Of a DNA stretch of 64,000 nucleotides, positions 24,569-38,099 are shown one piece after another. The translations under genes and the position numbers were made by a program. The stretch covers positions 22,692,001-22,756,000 of the forward strand of contig NC_043007.1 of assembly GCF_006345805.1 (NCBI RefSeq). Direction: 5' to 3'. Origin of the DNA: Octopus sinensis (Eukaryota). How positions within the stretch are numbered: the stretch's first letter is position 1; every line of letters begins with the position of its first letter. Below the pieces are notes generated by a model. The model did no database searches. It saw nothing but the letters and a program-made list of their open reading frames with translations, and had not been told where the DNA came from.

Positions 24569-25760
24569 TTGGGTCGTCAGATAAGTTTTGTCCATTTCTT
24601 TCCAGAGTTATTTGAATTAGGACAAAAAATATTTTTTTTGTGTCTTTTTTTTCATCTACAACTTTTGTTTGTTTTTGAAATTTGAATAGATTTTTATTAC
24701 TTTTCAGTGCAAATGAAATTAGGAGGAGTGGCTGTGTGGTAAGTAGCTTGCATACCAACCACATGGTTCCGGGTTCAGTTCCACTGTGTGGCATCTTGGG
24801 CAAGTGGCTTCTACTATAGCCTCGGGCCAACTAAAGCCTTATGAGTGGATTTGGTAGATGGAAACTTAAAGAAGCCCGTCGTATATATGTCTGTGTGTAT
24901 GTCTATGTTTGTGTTTGTCCCCCCAACATCGCTTGATAACCGATGCTGGTGTGTTTACGTCCCTGTAATTTAGCAATTCGGCAAAAGAGACTGATAGAAT
25001 AAGTACTAGGCTTACAAAGAATAGGTCCTGGGGTCGATTTGCTCGACTAAAGGCGGTGCTCCAGCATGGCCACAGTCAAATGATTGAAACAAGTAAAAGA
25101 GTAAAAGAGCAAAGTATATAAAAAAAAATTAGCATTTTCAACACCTGCTTCTTTTTGCTTTTGACCAAAGTTCCAAAGTCGCTGAAGCCATACAAGACAT
25201 TTGTGACGTTACTGAAAGAACCGCAGAGAAATGGTTCCCATGCTTCCAGAAGGGAAATTCGACCTTGCAGACATTTTGCATTCCTGCCGACTTATTTAGT
25301 TCAATGAGGATCGACTGAAATGAGCTCACCCATGAGGAAATTGTGCCGGTCCACAAGGAAATTGGCCTAGCAGATGGGATGCTTTTGTGGTACCTTCCCT
25401 CAATGAGTGAGCTCCAATCAACCAAAACACCAACACAGCATGCTTCTTCAACATGGCAAAGCTCACAGCCACATTGCTAATTTCACCAAAAATGCCATTA
25501 TTCAAGAGATTGTTTCAGAGGTTCTATTGCACCCACTATATTCTCTTGATATAGCACCTTCAGATTATCACCTTTTTTCAGTTACTCTAGGCATTTTGTT
25601 CAACAATACGGGGCCAAAAATTTGGTTCAATGAATTCTTTGAGTCAAGATCCAGCGATTTCTACTAGGTTTTGACTCAGTGAATCAAGAGATTCTGAGAA
25701 TTGAGAGTCTCACTGAGAAGCAAGAAGTGAACGATGAAGGAGAATATGTTATTGACTGAT
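24569..25760 (+). pseudogene. Decayed mariner (DD34D-type) transposon split by a SINE A insertion (24722-25110)
   Basis: TIR tattgggtcgtcagataag; HFQHLLLFAFDQSSKVAEA...ERTAEKWF; EVLLHPLYSLDIAPSDYHLF. Confidence 0.8.
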
Positions 25761-26667
25761 TTCCTGTATTTGTTTCAGTCATTAGACTGCGACCATGCTG
25801 GGGCACACTGCCTTGAAGAATTTTTAGTTGTACAAATCAACCCCAGTATTTCTTTTTTAAGTTTGGTAATTATTCTATCAGTCTCTTTTGCTGATCTGCT
25901 ACATTATGGGAATGTAAACAAACCAATACCGGTTGGCAAGTGGTAGTGGAAGACAAACACAGGCACAAAGACACACACTCACACATAGATGTGTGTGTGT
26001 GTATATATATATAAATTAAGGTATCTACGAGATACCACCATGCTGAAAATAGCAGCCATGATCTGACTCCAAAACCACTTTAATTGTCCATATATCAACA
26101 TGGAGAGAAGACAAAGAGACAAGATGAAACTAGTAAAAAATTATTGGATAATTCTAGATCCTGGATTTCTGACTTTGCATTCAGGAATGCTTTGCCTCAT
26201 AAGTAGAGTTATATTTAGGGATGGTCATTTTTATTTTTGCCACTTAACCACACATCCAGTGACCTCATTAAAGTGGTTCATCAGCAAAAAAAATGACCAT
26301 CCCCAATTATAACAATATCTGTTTCAGCATGCAATTTCACATCAGGAATCTAGTAAAACAAACACATAAACGTTTGTGTATACATGACAGGGTTCTTACA
26401 GTTTCCATCGACCAAATCCATTCACAAGGCTTTGGTTGGCTTAAGGCTTTAGTAAAAATCATTTGCCCAAGGGGCCACACAATGACACTGAACCTGGGAC
26501 TATGTGGTTGGGAAGCAAACTTCGCATCACACAGCCATAATTTTGTCTACAATTTGTTAAAATCATTAATGAAAAATAAGAACTGAAATAAATGGAAAGC
26601 AAAAATTTATCCAATGAGCAATACCAGGAGACAGGTTTTATTTACTATTTACTGCATTGGCATTGTG

Positions 26668-27000
26668 AAGGCACACGGCTCAGTGGTTAGAGCATCGAGC
26701 TTACGATCGTGAGGTTGTGAGCTCAAATCCCTGACCGGGCTGCATGTTGTGTTCTTGAGCAAAGTACTTTATTTCACGCTGTTCCAGTTCACTCATCTGT
26801 AGAAATGAGTAGCAACATCACTGGTGCCAAGCTGTATCGGCCTTTGCCTTTCCTGTGGGTAACATCATTGGTGTGGAGAAGGGAGGCTTGTATGAATGGG
26901 CAACTGCTGGTCTTCCATAAACAACCTTTCCTGGACTTGTGCCCCAGAGGGGAACTTTCTAGGTGCAATCCCATGGTCATTCATGACCGAAGGGGGTCAC
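26668..27000 (+). mobile_element. tRNA-Arg-like CORE SINE family C, full length
   Basis: ggctcagtggttagagc head; gtgttcttgagcaa and catctgtagaaatgag CORE-like motifs. Confidence 0.8.
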
Positions 27001-27269
27001 CCTACTGCAGTGGCAATACAATGTGACATAGGTGATAGCTCCTCCAGTAATGCAGGTTCTATTTCTAACTGACTATTCTATGTATTTCTATATTTGGGCT
27101 TTCCCAAACATAGAAATTTGAATGTCACAAATGCTACCCTTTATTCAGTCAATAATGCTGATACTTAGTTCTAGGCATGCCCCTGATCTAGCAGACCCAT
27201 GACAAATAAATGGTCTACACCTGTTCGGGCGCAATGTTGTGATCTTGGTCATATATATATACTGTGAAA

Positions 27270-27500
27270 AAGGCAGCGAGCTGGCAGAATCGTTAGCACA
27301 CCGGGCGAAATGCTTAGCGGTATTTCGTCAGTCATTACGTTCTGAGTTCAAATTCCACCAAGGTCGACTTTGCCTTTCATCTTTTCGGGGTCGATAAATA
27401 AAGTACCAGTTTCGCACTGGGGTTGATGTAATCGACTTAATCCCTTTCTCTGTCCTTGTTTGTCCCCTCTATGTTTAGCTCCTTGTGGGCAGTAAAGAAA
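27270..27500 (+). mobile_element. SINE family D
   Basis: Matches 21385 and 31065. Confidence 0.85.
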
Positions 27501-28248
27501 TATATATACTGTGAAAGCTGGGTAACCAGCTCTATGAGTCCAAAGACTCAAGATGGTCCTTACTTTTTTTTTTATAAGTACATTATAAAATATGGCCATT
27601 TCTTGATTAGACACACACACACACACACATTTTTCAAGGAAAAGGTTGTGGCGCCATTAATCTCTGATGGAACCACAACTGATACAACTTAGAAATCATT
27701 GTTAACCTTTCCTTCTATAATAATAAACGTGAAATTCTGTCTGTCCAAGACCCCAATATCTCAGCCTAAATTTGCTCTACATAGACATATTACACCTTTT
27801 TTGGAATCAGGATGACCCCGGGATTGAAAAAGCTACCCTTCATTTAGTTCTTGAACATCCAGTATTGGGATCTAATTTAAAAGCATTTGGGTTGCTATTT
27901 CTAGCAGGTAAAGCTTGGCTAATTCACACCATCTTGGTTGGCATTTGTCAGATGATCTCAGAGATCAAGTGGGAAGATAAATGACATTTGCTTCGTTAAT
28001 TTTACATTGAGATAAGAAATTTGGGACAAATTGGCCAACAGTTGGAATTCAACCTAAGACTGGAACAATAGAATGATTGCATTACAGAATGAATTCTCAT
28101 ACATCCTTAACCTCTGATCAAACACCACCAGGGCATATAGTCTTTATAAATGTATTATAGTCATGCTATTTAGTTCCCTTTAGTTTTGGGCCACAGTCCT
28201 AATTAGCCCTCTACAGGAACGAGCTTAAAATTAAATGTGAAACTTGAC

Positions 28249-28458
28249 TTAACCCTTTAGCATTCAGATAATTCTGTCAAAGGTAACACTTTTTCGTTCA
28301 AATTGTTTTCAATTTATCCTGCATTATTTTGCAGCTTTGAAATTTTTATGATGTGACTGTATATTTCTAGAATGGCATTGAAGGGTAGGTATGATAGGCT
28401 TGATCTGGCCAGTTAGAACATAAAACAGGAAGCATATTTGGGCCGGATAAAGGGTTAA
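28249..28458 (+). mobile_element. TTAA-flanked (piggyBac-like) MITE family 2
   Basis: TTAA|CCCTTTAGCATT ... AAAGGG|TTAA; homologs at about 31952-32167 and 37047-37275. Confidence 0.75.
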
Positions 28459-29194
28459 ATCTACTGAGTGACTTTTCACTGGCAAGGTATAGCGGTATGA
28501 TTAAGAGGTTCACTCAGTAACCACATACTTCTTAGTTCAGACCCATGCACGATGCCTTGAGCAAATTTTAACTATTATAGAGAACTCCAATGTAGTGAAC
28601 TGGCAGAATTGTTACTGCACTGGGCAAAATGCTTTGTGGCATTTCGTTTGTCTCTACATTCCGAGTTCAAATTCCACTGAGGTCAACTTTGCCTTTCATC
28701 CTTTCAGGGTTGATAAAATAAGTACCAGTTGAGCACTGGGGTCAATGTAATCACCTTATCCCCTCCCCCGAAATTGCTGGCCTTGTGCCAAAATTTAAAA
28801 TCATTATAGAGAATCCCGTTCATGCAAGAGTTATAAGTCTTTGCACAGTGCACAGAGAAGCTACCTAAGTTTCTAGCAGATGGTCCAAGACAGCCGGTGC
28901 CTTGAGAGTAAAATTGGTAGACAGGATGTGTGTGGAAGCCTGATGTGTGTGTTTGTGTCAGTACCTGACAACCGGCGTTGGTTTGTCTACATCACTACAG
29001 CAGCTCAGCTGTTCGTCCGAGAGGGACCGATGGAATAAGCAGCACATTTAAATTATGGACTAGGGTCAATGTGATCGACCAAAGCCTTAAAGGTGGTGTC
29101 CCAGCACAGCTGCATTTCAATGGCTAAAACCATTAAAAAATTAGTTATACATGAATACAAACATTAATATACACATGTATATATATATATATTT

Positions 29195-29595
29195 ACTCTT
29201 TTACTTGTTTCAGTCATTTGACTGCGGCCATGCTGGAGCACCGCCTTTTAGTTGAGCAAATCGACCCAGGACTTATTCTTTGCAAGCCTAGTACTTATTC
29301 TATCGGTCTCTTTCGCCGAACCACTAAGTAACGGGGATGTAAACACACCAGCATCAGTTGTCAAGCGATGTTGGGGAGACAAACACAGACACACAAACAT
29401 ATATATACACACACACACACACATATATGTATATATATAAGAAAGGCTTCTTTCAGTTTCCGTCTACCAAATCCACTCACAAGGCTTTGGTCGGCCCGAG
29501 GCCATAGTAGAAGACAGTTGCCCAAAGTGCCACGCAGTGGGACTGAACCTGGAACCATGAGGTTGGTAAGCAAGCTACTTACCACACAGCCACAT
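29195..29595 (-). mobile_element. SINE family A, full length
   Basis: Reverse-complement match. Confidence 0.85.
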
Positions 29596-30019
29596 ATACA
29601 CACATTTGTATATGTATATACATGTGTGTGTGTAAATAAATAAATATATATATTATTGGTTAGTGCAGTCCTTAGATACACAATGTAAAAGTAATACCTT
29701 TGACAGTAAGTCTGCCCGTGAGCATCGTCCTGTGGTTAAACAACATTAACAGGCTAAACAAATGATTGCTTATCGCAACAGCGTGTAGTACACCAAATAT
29801 TTTATCTTTTGTATTTCAGTTGAAAAGTTATATGTCTTGTCATCTTTTTATCTTTCGAAACATTTTATAATAAACGTCTAACTATTAATTGACAGGCTGT
29901 TTACGTTTACGTTACGCTGAGATCAGCAACAAAGAAAATGCCCTCTCAGTACTTTATGAATGGGACAGCGAAATAGGGTGTTGCATTCAAGCAGGTTACA
30001 GTGACTCGCACAAAAGCCC

Positions 30020-30310
30020 CCCTTTTATTGGCTGCTTGGCGTTAGCAATCATGTGACTGGCGAGTATGCTAATTTCCTTGACTGCTGTATCAGTAATCAT
30101 GTGACTGTTATAGTAGCTCAGCTCCCTTAACCGCCAGCTGTATTAGCAGTCATGTGACTGCTTAGTACAAGCAAGTCATATGACAAGCTTAGGAGCTCCC
30201 ATCATTGGTAGATTTATTAGTAGTCATGTGACTGCTTGGTACTAGCAAGTCATATGACAAGCGTAGAAGCTACAGTCATTGGTAGATTTATTAGTAGCCA
30301 TGTAACTAAT
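30020..30310. promoter_or_regulatory. Candidate intronic regulatory element: homotypic E-box cluster with CCAAT boxes
   Basis: TCATGTGA at 30049, 30097, 30150 and 30224; GTCATATGAC at 30175 and 30249; ATTGG at about 30027, 30205 and 30279; includes about 2.3 copies of a 74-bp unit. Confidence 0.45.
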
Positions 30311-31064
30311 GCGCAAGTTTTTATTTTAAAATACGAAATATGAAGCAAGGGATCTCAGTAGATTACTTGAGTCTTGTAAAAACGTCCAGAAAACCCATTA
30401 TATAAACGTTTTCTTCCAGATCTACAATATTTGGAAGATATTGAAAATATCCGTCTTGAAAAGGGCACATCCATTTTTTTTTTTTTTCGTCAGGCACATC
30501 ACACAGGGCAAATGAGAATTGTGACCACACAGACCATTGTTGTCCAGTAAACTCATTGGCATTTCTATTGAAATTTCAAGGTTAATTTAAATAAACATCA
30601 TGAGGTATTTTATGCTGTTCTGCAGAAATTCAGAGGAATTAGCAGTTAATATTTTCAGGTGAAAAAGTTTTGTACGTCACACTTTTTAGATAAAAAAAAA
30701 AAGAAAATGTAACATACATTGGAGGTAAAAAAATGTATTTTATTAAATATTTGCCTGGGTAGTCAAAATTTATTGTGAAAAATCCATCAATGCAATACTT
30801 ACAAATCTACAGCTTGGATATTCATAATTTGTGCCTGTCATGTACGCTGCGTGAGAAATGGCCCTTTACCACACTTCCTAGGTAAAATTCTTCATAGTAC
30901 AAGCCTTTTGTCATTTGGTGAGATGGATGGGGGTGAATAAAATAATTGGTGTCATGTCCCAAAAACCACTCAGAAATGAACTAACTTATTATTCCTGGCT
31001 TCCGAGTTCAACTCCTACAAGAAACCATTTTTGTCATCATTCAGTGGGCAGTAGGTATAAAATA

Positions 31065-31300
31065 GATGGCGGCGAACTGGCAGAAACGTTACCATGGCGG
31101 GCAAAATACGTGGCCGTATTTCGTCTGCCGCTACGTTCTGAGTTCAAATTCCGCCAAGGTCGACTTTGCCTTTCATCCTTTCGGAGTTGATAAATTAAGT
31201 ACCAGTTATGCACTGGGGTCGATGTAATCGACTTAATCCGTTTGTCTGTCCTTGTTTGTCCCCTCTATATTTAATCCCTTGTGGGTAGTAAAGAAATAGG
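31065..31300 (+). mobile_element. SINE family D
   Basis: Full head and body. Confidence 0.85.
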
Positions 31301-32623
31301 TATAAAATAGATGGTGACAAGTCCCCAAAAACCACAGGTTCACTCGAGCACCCTTGAAAACTCCTGTTCATATATCTCTCAGATGCTAATACATCTTAGC
31401 TTGATAAGAGATTTAACTTTTACCAAGCAGTACTTGCACTAAGATTTGAATTCAGCACAACAACTGACACATTATCATTTCAGTTCCACTCTTCCATAGT
31501 TGCATGGGGCAGGACAGAATTTGTCAGGGCAGAGTTTCTACAACCAGATACCCCTCGCCTGTCACCAACTCTCACTGCAAGGTGATATTTCCCCATGGCC
31601 AGACACGTTTTTGCATGAAAGCCTGGAAATAAGCAACCTCACTTGCATGATCTTCATTCACAACCATCATATGCATGGGACCAGGAACAGCAAGTTCAGG
31701 GGGTGCACTGGTACCCCCTAAAATTTTTGTGAGGTGCAAAATCAAGAATTGCACCCCTACTTACTTTGCTCAGGTTTAGAAAACAGCGAGTAAAAAAGTG
31801 ATCTGTAAAAAGTAGCTTGAATTAGGTTTCATCTCAAAGAACAAAAAACTTTAAAAAAAACACAGGACCTTCTTTGTAAAATTTTCTGAGCCTGGGTTTG
31901 CAATTCCCAAGCAAATTTTGTTCCTGGGCCAGTGATCATGTGATGTCTAGACCTTTAGCTTTCGGATTACTCTGTCAAATGTGATGCTTATTCACACTGT
32001 TTTGAATGACTCATGCATTATCTCAAAGCTCCAAGATTCAAATGATGTAATTGTTCATATTTAGAATGGCATTGTAGGGAAGGTGTGAGAGGTTAGATCT
32101 GACCAATTCAAACATAGAACAAGTAGAGAATTTGGGTCAGATATGGTCATTTTAAATGCTAAAGGACTAGATAAGGGCCCACACAAACACGCACATACAT
32201 ATATACATGGCAACCTTCTTACAGTTTCCATCAATCAAATCCACTGAACCCAAGGTCATAATCTTGGAAAGCAAGCTTCTTAACCACACAACCATACTGG
32301 CATCTTCATTTGGTAATACGTTAATTAATTATATCTGATTATCCTCTATATGGCAACAAGTAGTTACCTGTTTGCAGTTAGCTAGATCAAGTTATCAAAG
32401 CCTTCTAAATGAAATTTGGTGGTGTGCTGAAGGCCACCAGAAGGACTGTCTCTGTTCTCAGGTCTCAGATGCAATGCTTGGCTTTTGTCTTTTTGGTGTC
32501 CACTCTGTTGCAAGCATTCAGGGGATCTGATCAGAGGATAACACCCTCCTTTCCTCCTGCAGTCTCAAAGAGCCCTACAGGGGTAAGTCATGGGTACTGC
32601 TATTCTTCCTTTAACCAAGCCAT

Positions 32624-33129
32624 TTAACCCTTTTGTTACTGTATTTATTTTGAGATGGTTTGTGGTTCTTTCACTTACTTTAAATATAACAAAGAATTTA
32701 GTAAAATAATTTAGTTATCATTCAGCTAGTGTTAGGAACATAAATTGTGACTAAGGTTTGGTGGAAGATTTTAATTCAAAACTTATGAAAACAAGACATT
32801 TGTACTACAGAGCCAGAAGTGGTTTCAGCTGGGTTGGTATCAAAAGGGTGAAGGTGGCACCATCACTAGTGCCTTCTACATGGCACCAGCATGAGTGCTT
32901 TTAACCCTTTTGTTCCTATATTTCTGTTGAGATGCTCTGTGTCTCTTTCAATTAATTTTAAATATAACAAAGAATTTAGTCAAATAACTTAGTTATCATT
33001 CAGCTAGTGTTAGTAACATAAATTGTGACTAAGGTTTTGTGGAAGATTTTAATTCAGAACTTATGAAAACAAGACATTTGTACTCAGAGCCAGAGCTAGT
33101 TACAGCCGGGTTGGTAATGAAAGGGTTAA
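32624..33129 (+). mobile_element. Two TTAA-flanked MITEs of family 1 in direct orientation (32624-32851 and 32901-33129)
   Basis: TTAACCCTTT...AAAGGGTTAA termini. Confidence 0.8.
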
Positions 33130-33249
33130 ATAAAATAAAGTCATTAAAGTACAAAGTTACGTCTTAACCATGAACACAATTGTGGAGTGTTGTATCAGTT
33201 TTGAAGAGTAGCACTCTTGCTCAATCAACATGAACCAACCTTTTAACGA

Positions 33250-33930
33250 CTCTACTTATTCCACAAGTATCCACCACAATTAGAGCTCAGTACTTCTTTA
33301 GGCAGCTGCCCTCGTCCATATGCATCACATGACCAAACCAGCACAGTGTGTGCGAGAGAGAAGACTGCTCTGGTTTGTTCATGTGATGCATATGGATGAG
33401 GACAGCTGTGCAAAGAACAGAGTAGACACCAAAAAGACAAAAGCCAAGCATTGCATCTGAGACCTGAGAACAGGGTCAGTCCTTCTGGTGGCCAGCACAT
33501 CACCAAATTTCATTTAGAAGGCTTTGATAACCTGATCTAGCTAACTGCAAACAGGAAACTAGTTGTTGCCATATAGAGGATAATCAGAGCTTTAATTGTA
33601 GAGAGTACCTGTGGAAGGGGTAGACCCAGAATCACATGGGATGAAATGGTGAGAAAGGATCTTTGGATACAGGGCCTCACCAAGGAAATGACTTGATAAG
33701 ACATGTCAAGCTAAGCAAAATCCACACATACAAGCTTGTCCTTTCAGATACCAGTGCCGGTGCTGCATAAATGCACCCCTGTGGGTACTGTATAAGTGTA
33801 CCCATGCCGGTGGCACATAGAAGGTACCCAGCATACACTCTGTTAAGTGGTTGGTGTTAGGAAAAGCATCCAGCTGCAGAAACCATGCCACAAGAAACAA
33901 TTGGAGTCTGGACAGCTTCCAGCTGTCCAA
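33250..33930. mobile_element. RTE LINE C-terminal/3' fragments in inverted arrangement, interrupted by an insert
   Basis: ERRLLWFVHVMHMDEDSCAK / TCGRGRPRITWDEMVRKDL motifs. Confidence 0.75.
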
Positions 33931-33964
33931 CTCATACAAGCATGGTATGGTGATGAAATGACAT

Positions 33965-34178
33965 TCTTTTACTGGTTTCAGTCATTTGACTGTGGCCATG
34001 CTGGAGTACCGCCTTCAGTTGAATGAATCGACCCAAGAACTTATTTGCTGTAAGCCCAGTACTTATTCTATTGGTCTTTTTAGCTGACACGCTAAGTATG
34101 GGGACATAAACACACCAACATCGGTTGTCAAGTGGGGGTGGGGGGAAAATACAGACACACAAACACACACATATATAT

Positions 34179-34219
<41 letters not shown>

Positions 34220-34361
34220 GCTTCTTTCAGTCTCCGTCTATCAAATCCACTCACAAGATTTTGGTCAGCCCGAGGCTATAGAAGACACTTGCCCAAGGTG
34301 CCACGCAGTGGGACTGAACCTGGAACCACATAGCCATGCCGGTGACATATACAATAATTAC

Positions 34362-34436
<75 letters not shown>

Positions 34437-35060
34437 TGTGTGTGTATGTGAGAGAGAGAGGATTATATATTGCCAATATATATCAATATCACCCACTTTT
34501 CCATGCTTGCATGGGTTGGACAGAATTTTATTGAGGTAGATTTTCTATGACTGGATGCCCTTCCTGTTGCCAACCTTCACCTGTTCAAAACAAAGTAAAT
34601 ATTTCCCCATGGCCAGACATGTTTTTGCAGAACATTGGAAATAAATGATATTCATAACTACCAAACAAATCAAGACAAGGACACACACACACACACACAA
34701 TATGATGAGCTTTTAGTTTCCATCTATCAAATCCTCTCAGAAGGCTTTGGTTTACTCAGGAGTTATAGTAGCAGACACTTGCCCAAGGTGCCATGCAGTG
34801 GGACTGAGCCTGAAAACATGTGGTTGGGAAGCAAGTGTCTTAACCACACGGCCACACCTGCACACATATACACACACAGACACACACACATATATAGGTA
34901 TCATCATCATCATCATCATCATCGTTTAACGTCCACTTTCCATGCTAGCATGGGTTGGATGATTTGACTGAGGACTGGCAAACCAGATGGCTGCATCAGG
35001 CCCCAATCTTGATCTGGCAGAGTTTCTACAGTTGGATGCCCTTCCTAATGCCAACCACAC
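33965..35060 (-). mobile_element. Stack of SINE A copies and RTE tails
   Basis: SINE A about 33965-34340 and 34700-34862; RTE tails about 34490-34680 and 34900-35060. Confidence 0.7.
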
Positions 35061-35104
35061 ATACATATAAGTAATTGACTATATACATATCCTATATATT
35101 CCAT

Positions 35105-35415
35105 CTGAAGTCCAATCCTGCAGTAAAGAAAAGGGTAAAGTCATCTTTTGGCCATAAATGATCATAAAATTGCACCTAAAAAGTTCCACTCCAAGGCACA
35201 AGTCTGGGCAAGGATGTTTGAGGAAGATTAGCAGTCGCCCATGCATACCAGCCTCTTCTCTCCATACCATAGATGTTGTCCAAGGGAAAGGCAAAGGCTG
35301 ATACAGCTTGGCACCAGTGATGTTGCAACTCATTTCAACAGCTGAGTGAACTGGAACAACATGAAATGAAGCGTTTTGCTCAAGAACACAACACACTGCC
35401 TGGTCCAGGAATCGA
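35105..35415 (-). mobile_element. SINE family C
   Basis: Reverse complement of 26668-27000. Confidence 0.75.
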
Positions 35416-36736
35416 ACTCACTACCTCATGATTATGAGCCTGATGCTCTAACTACTGAGCCATATGCCTTCTGCAGTGTCAAACACCTAAAATGGTTAGA
35501 ACTAGACTATAACATAAAAAAAATTTATTGACCCCGAAAGGATGAAAGGCAAAGCCGAGGTCGACTTTGCCTTTCATCCTTTCGGGGTCGATAAATTAAG
35601 TACCAGTTCACTGGGGTCGATGTAATCGACTTAATCCGTTTGTCTGTCCTTGTTTGTCCCCTCTGTGTTTAGCCCCATGTGGGTAGTAAAGAAATATATA
35701 ACATAAAAAAAAAACTGCTCTTCCTTCATGAGCCCTCAACCATAACATCATACTAGGGAGCTAGTCTGTGAGCCTGATGTCATTACTTTGACTATGGGGA
35801 AAGAAATCTCACTAAGCCAATGGTGGAGAGACAGAGAGGAAGGAAAGTTGGTATTAGAACTGACAAGAGACTTTTAAGCTAATGAGGCCTCCTTCATGCA
35901 GTTGCTTGAATTGCTAGAAACAGCAACCAAATCTCTCAAATCATACCTTACTTTTTTTTATATAGTCAAGACACCATATTAGATATGTATCATTGTCTAG
36001 ACATAGTGGAATGGTTTATAAATGAGCATCATCATCATCATCGTCATATAAGTGAGGTTGTTCATTTCCAGTCTTCCATGAAAAATATGCTAAGCGATGG
36101 GAAAATATTAACTTGCTTGAAAACAAGCGAAGGTTGATGACAAAAGAGGTAAAGAAGCATAGAAATTCTAACTCAATAAATTCTGTCTGACCCATGCAAG
36201 CATGGAAAAGTGGATGTTAAATGATTATGATGATGAATTGAAGATGCACCATACTTAGGTATAATACTGGACACTCCCAGACTCAATCTGAGTCATTTAA
36301 GTCATCTCTGTGCAGTCCCTCTGGAGACACAGAGTGTAACTTTTGGCAAGTATTAAGAACTTCTCTCCAACAGATGTGATAGTAGATGATGACTGCAGCA
36401 ATTTGCTAGCTCAAGTCATCTTAGATTCCTTGCTGTTGATCCAAGATATTTGAAGTTCACAAAGTAATTAGTGTAAAACATCATTTCTATGCTAAACAAA
36501 ACCACACACACACACATGCCACCCAGTTTCCCAAACTGAGTAGACAACCAATTTTGACTCAAGTAATTGTGGCCACCAACTCTCTGCTTGAAATAGGCAA
36601 AAAACAAAAAAACAGATCTCAAAGATGCTTTGTCACAGCTGGAACATCTTTGATTATAGGTCTGCTTAATCAGGGTTTCAAAGTTAATTGACTTTGGACT
36701 AATCAAAATAGGTAATACATAATGAACTCCTAAATA

Positions 36737-36971
36737 TTAACCCTTTCGTTACTGTATTTATTTTGAGATATTCTTTGTTTCTTTCAATTATTTGAAATAT
36801 AACAAAGAATTTAGTAGAATAACTTAGTTATCATTAAATAAACTATTTTGTTAGGAACATAAATTGTGACCAAGGTTTGGTGGAAGATTTTAATTCAAAA
36901 CTTATGAAGATAAGACATTTGTACAACCAAGCCAGAGCTGGTTTCAGCCGGGTTGGTAATGAAAGGGTTAA
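36737..36971 (+). mobile_element. TTAA-flanked MITE family 1
   Basis: Intact TTAA and TIRs. Confidence 0.85.
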
Positions 36972-38099
36972 GGTAACGATATTCTTTCAAATTGAGAATG
37001 ACAGTCAAAATACTGATTAGATGATTCTTCAACCAACCAAGGAAGATTAACCCTTTACTGTTCACATTATTCTGCCAAAATTAATGCTTTTTTATCCACA
37101 TTGTTTTGAACTAATCATGCGTTATCTTGGAGCTATGAGATTTTGATGAGGTAACTGTTAAATTTTAAAACGATATTGTAGGGTTGCTGTGAGAGACCAG
37201 ATCTGACCAGTTTGAACATAAAACAGGCAGAATACTTCTGGCTGGATATGGCCGGTTTAAATGCTAAAGGATTAAAGCTGTCTGAAGAATTGAGTTTTAT
37301 GCAATGAGGGTGAACAAAAACATCTGTAATCTCAATAACTCCATTTTATATATATATTATATGCCAGGAATATAATCCAGTGCTTTGAGTTGCATCATGT
37401 GAAAAAAGATATGTCCTCAACTCTGGTTTCATAATGTGAAGTCTGTGGTAAATTAAGGTGGCTGAAATAATAGCTTACCACAAGCCACATTCCCAGTGAA
37501 CCTGGTATCGGTTCCCAACAAACCAATATACTAGGGCACATAAAATGCTCTTTTCTCACTCACCAACAAAACACTTAGTCACTGCTCATAGCAGGAACTA
37601 GTATGATAAGTAAGATTAGTATCAACATCAAGAAACCATAGCTCAAATGACTGACTATTGTTTGCCAGGCTAATGCATTATCAGATATGAACTCAGAGTT
37701 TAGTCCTGTAGTTTTACTAGCTTCATACAGTTTTTCAACAGTTCCCTATAAGCAGAGGAATAAGACTGATAAGTGTTCCAAAGGCTTGTAATCTTGCATT
37801 AGTAAATAAAATGGAGGCATTTATACCAGCTCAGAATAGACTGGTTCCCTCAAAGGAAATGGTCTTCACTGGGTTTAGCGTGTCTAGCAGATTTAATCAA
37901 GGAGGTTCATAGCTACTCTTGTTGGAAGAGATAAACAGAAAAGATTTGATGGAGAGTATCTTCAAGTATGTGTCAGGGCCATACTGTCTTAAATTAAAAA
38001 CTGTATAATGCAGTCCTAGATACACTATGTCTAAAAGGACAAAAGGATTTTCATAGTTGGAATCTTTTTGACCATAGGCTGTTTGACCAGGATTTGAGT

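Noticed and set aside
29690-29825. Splice-like signals near the E-box cluster (plus GTAAGT at about 29706, plus acceptor at about 29819, minus donor at about 29697)
   Set aside because: Conflicting strands, no convincing ORF, and the phase is incompatible with the phosphatase exon 1.
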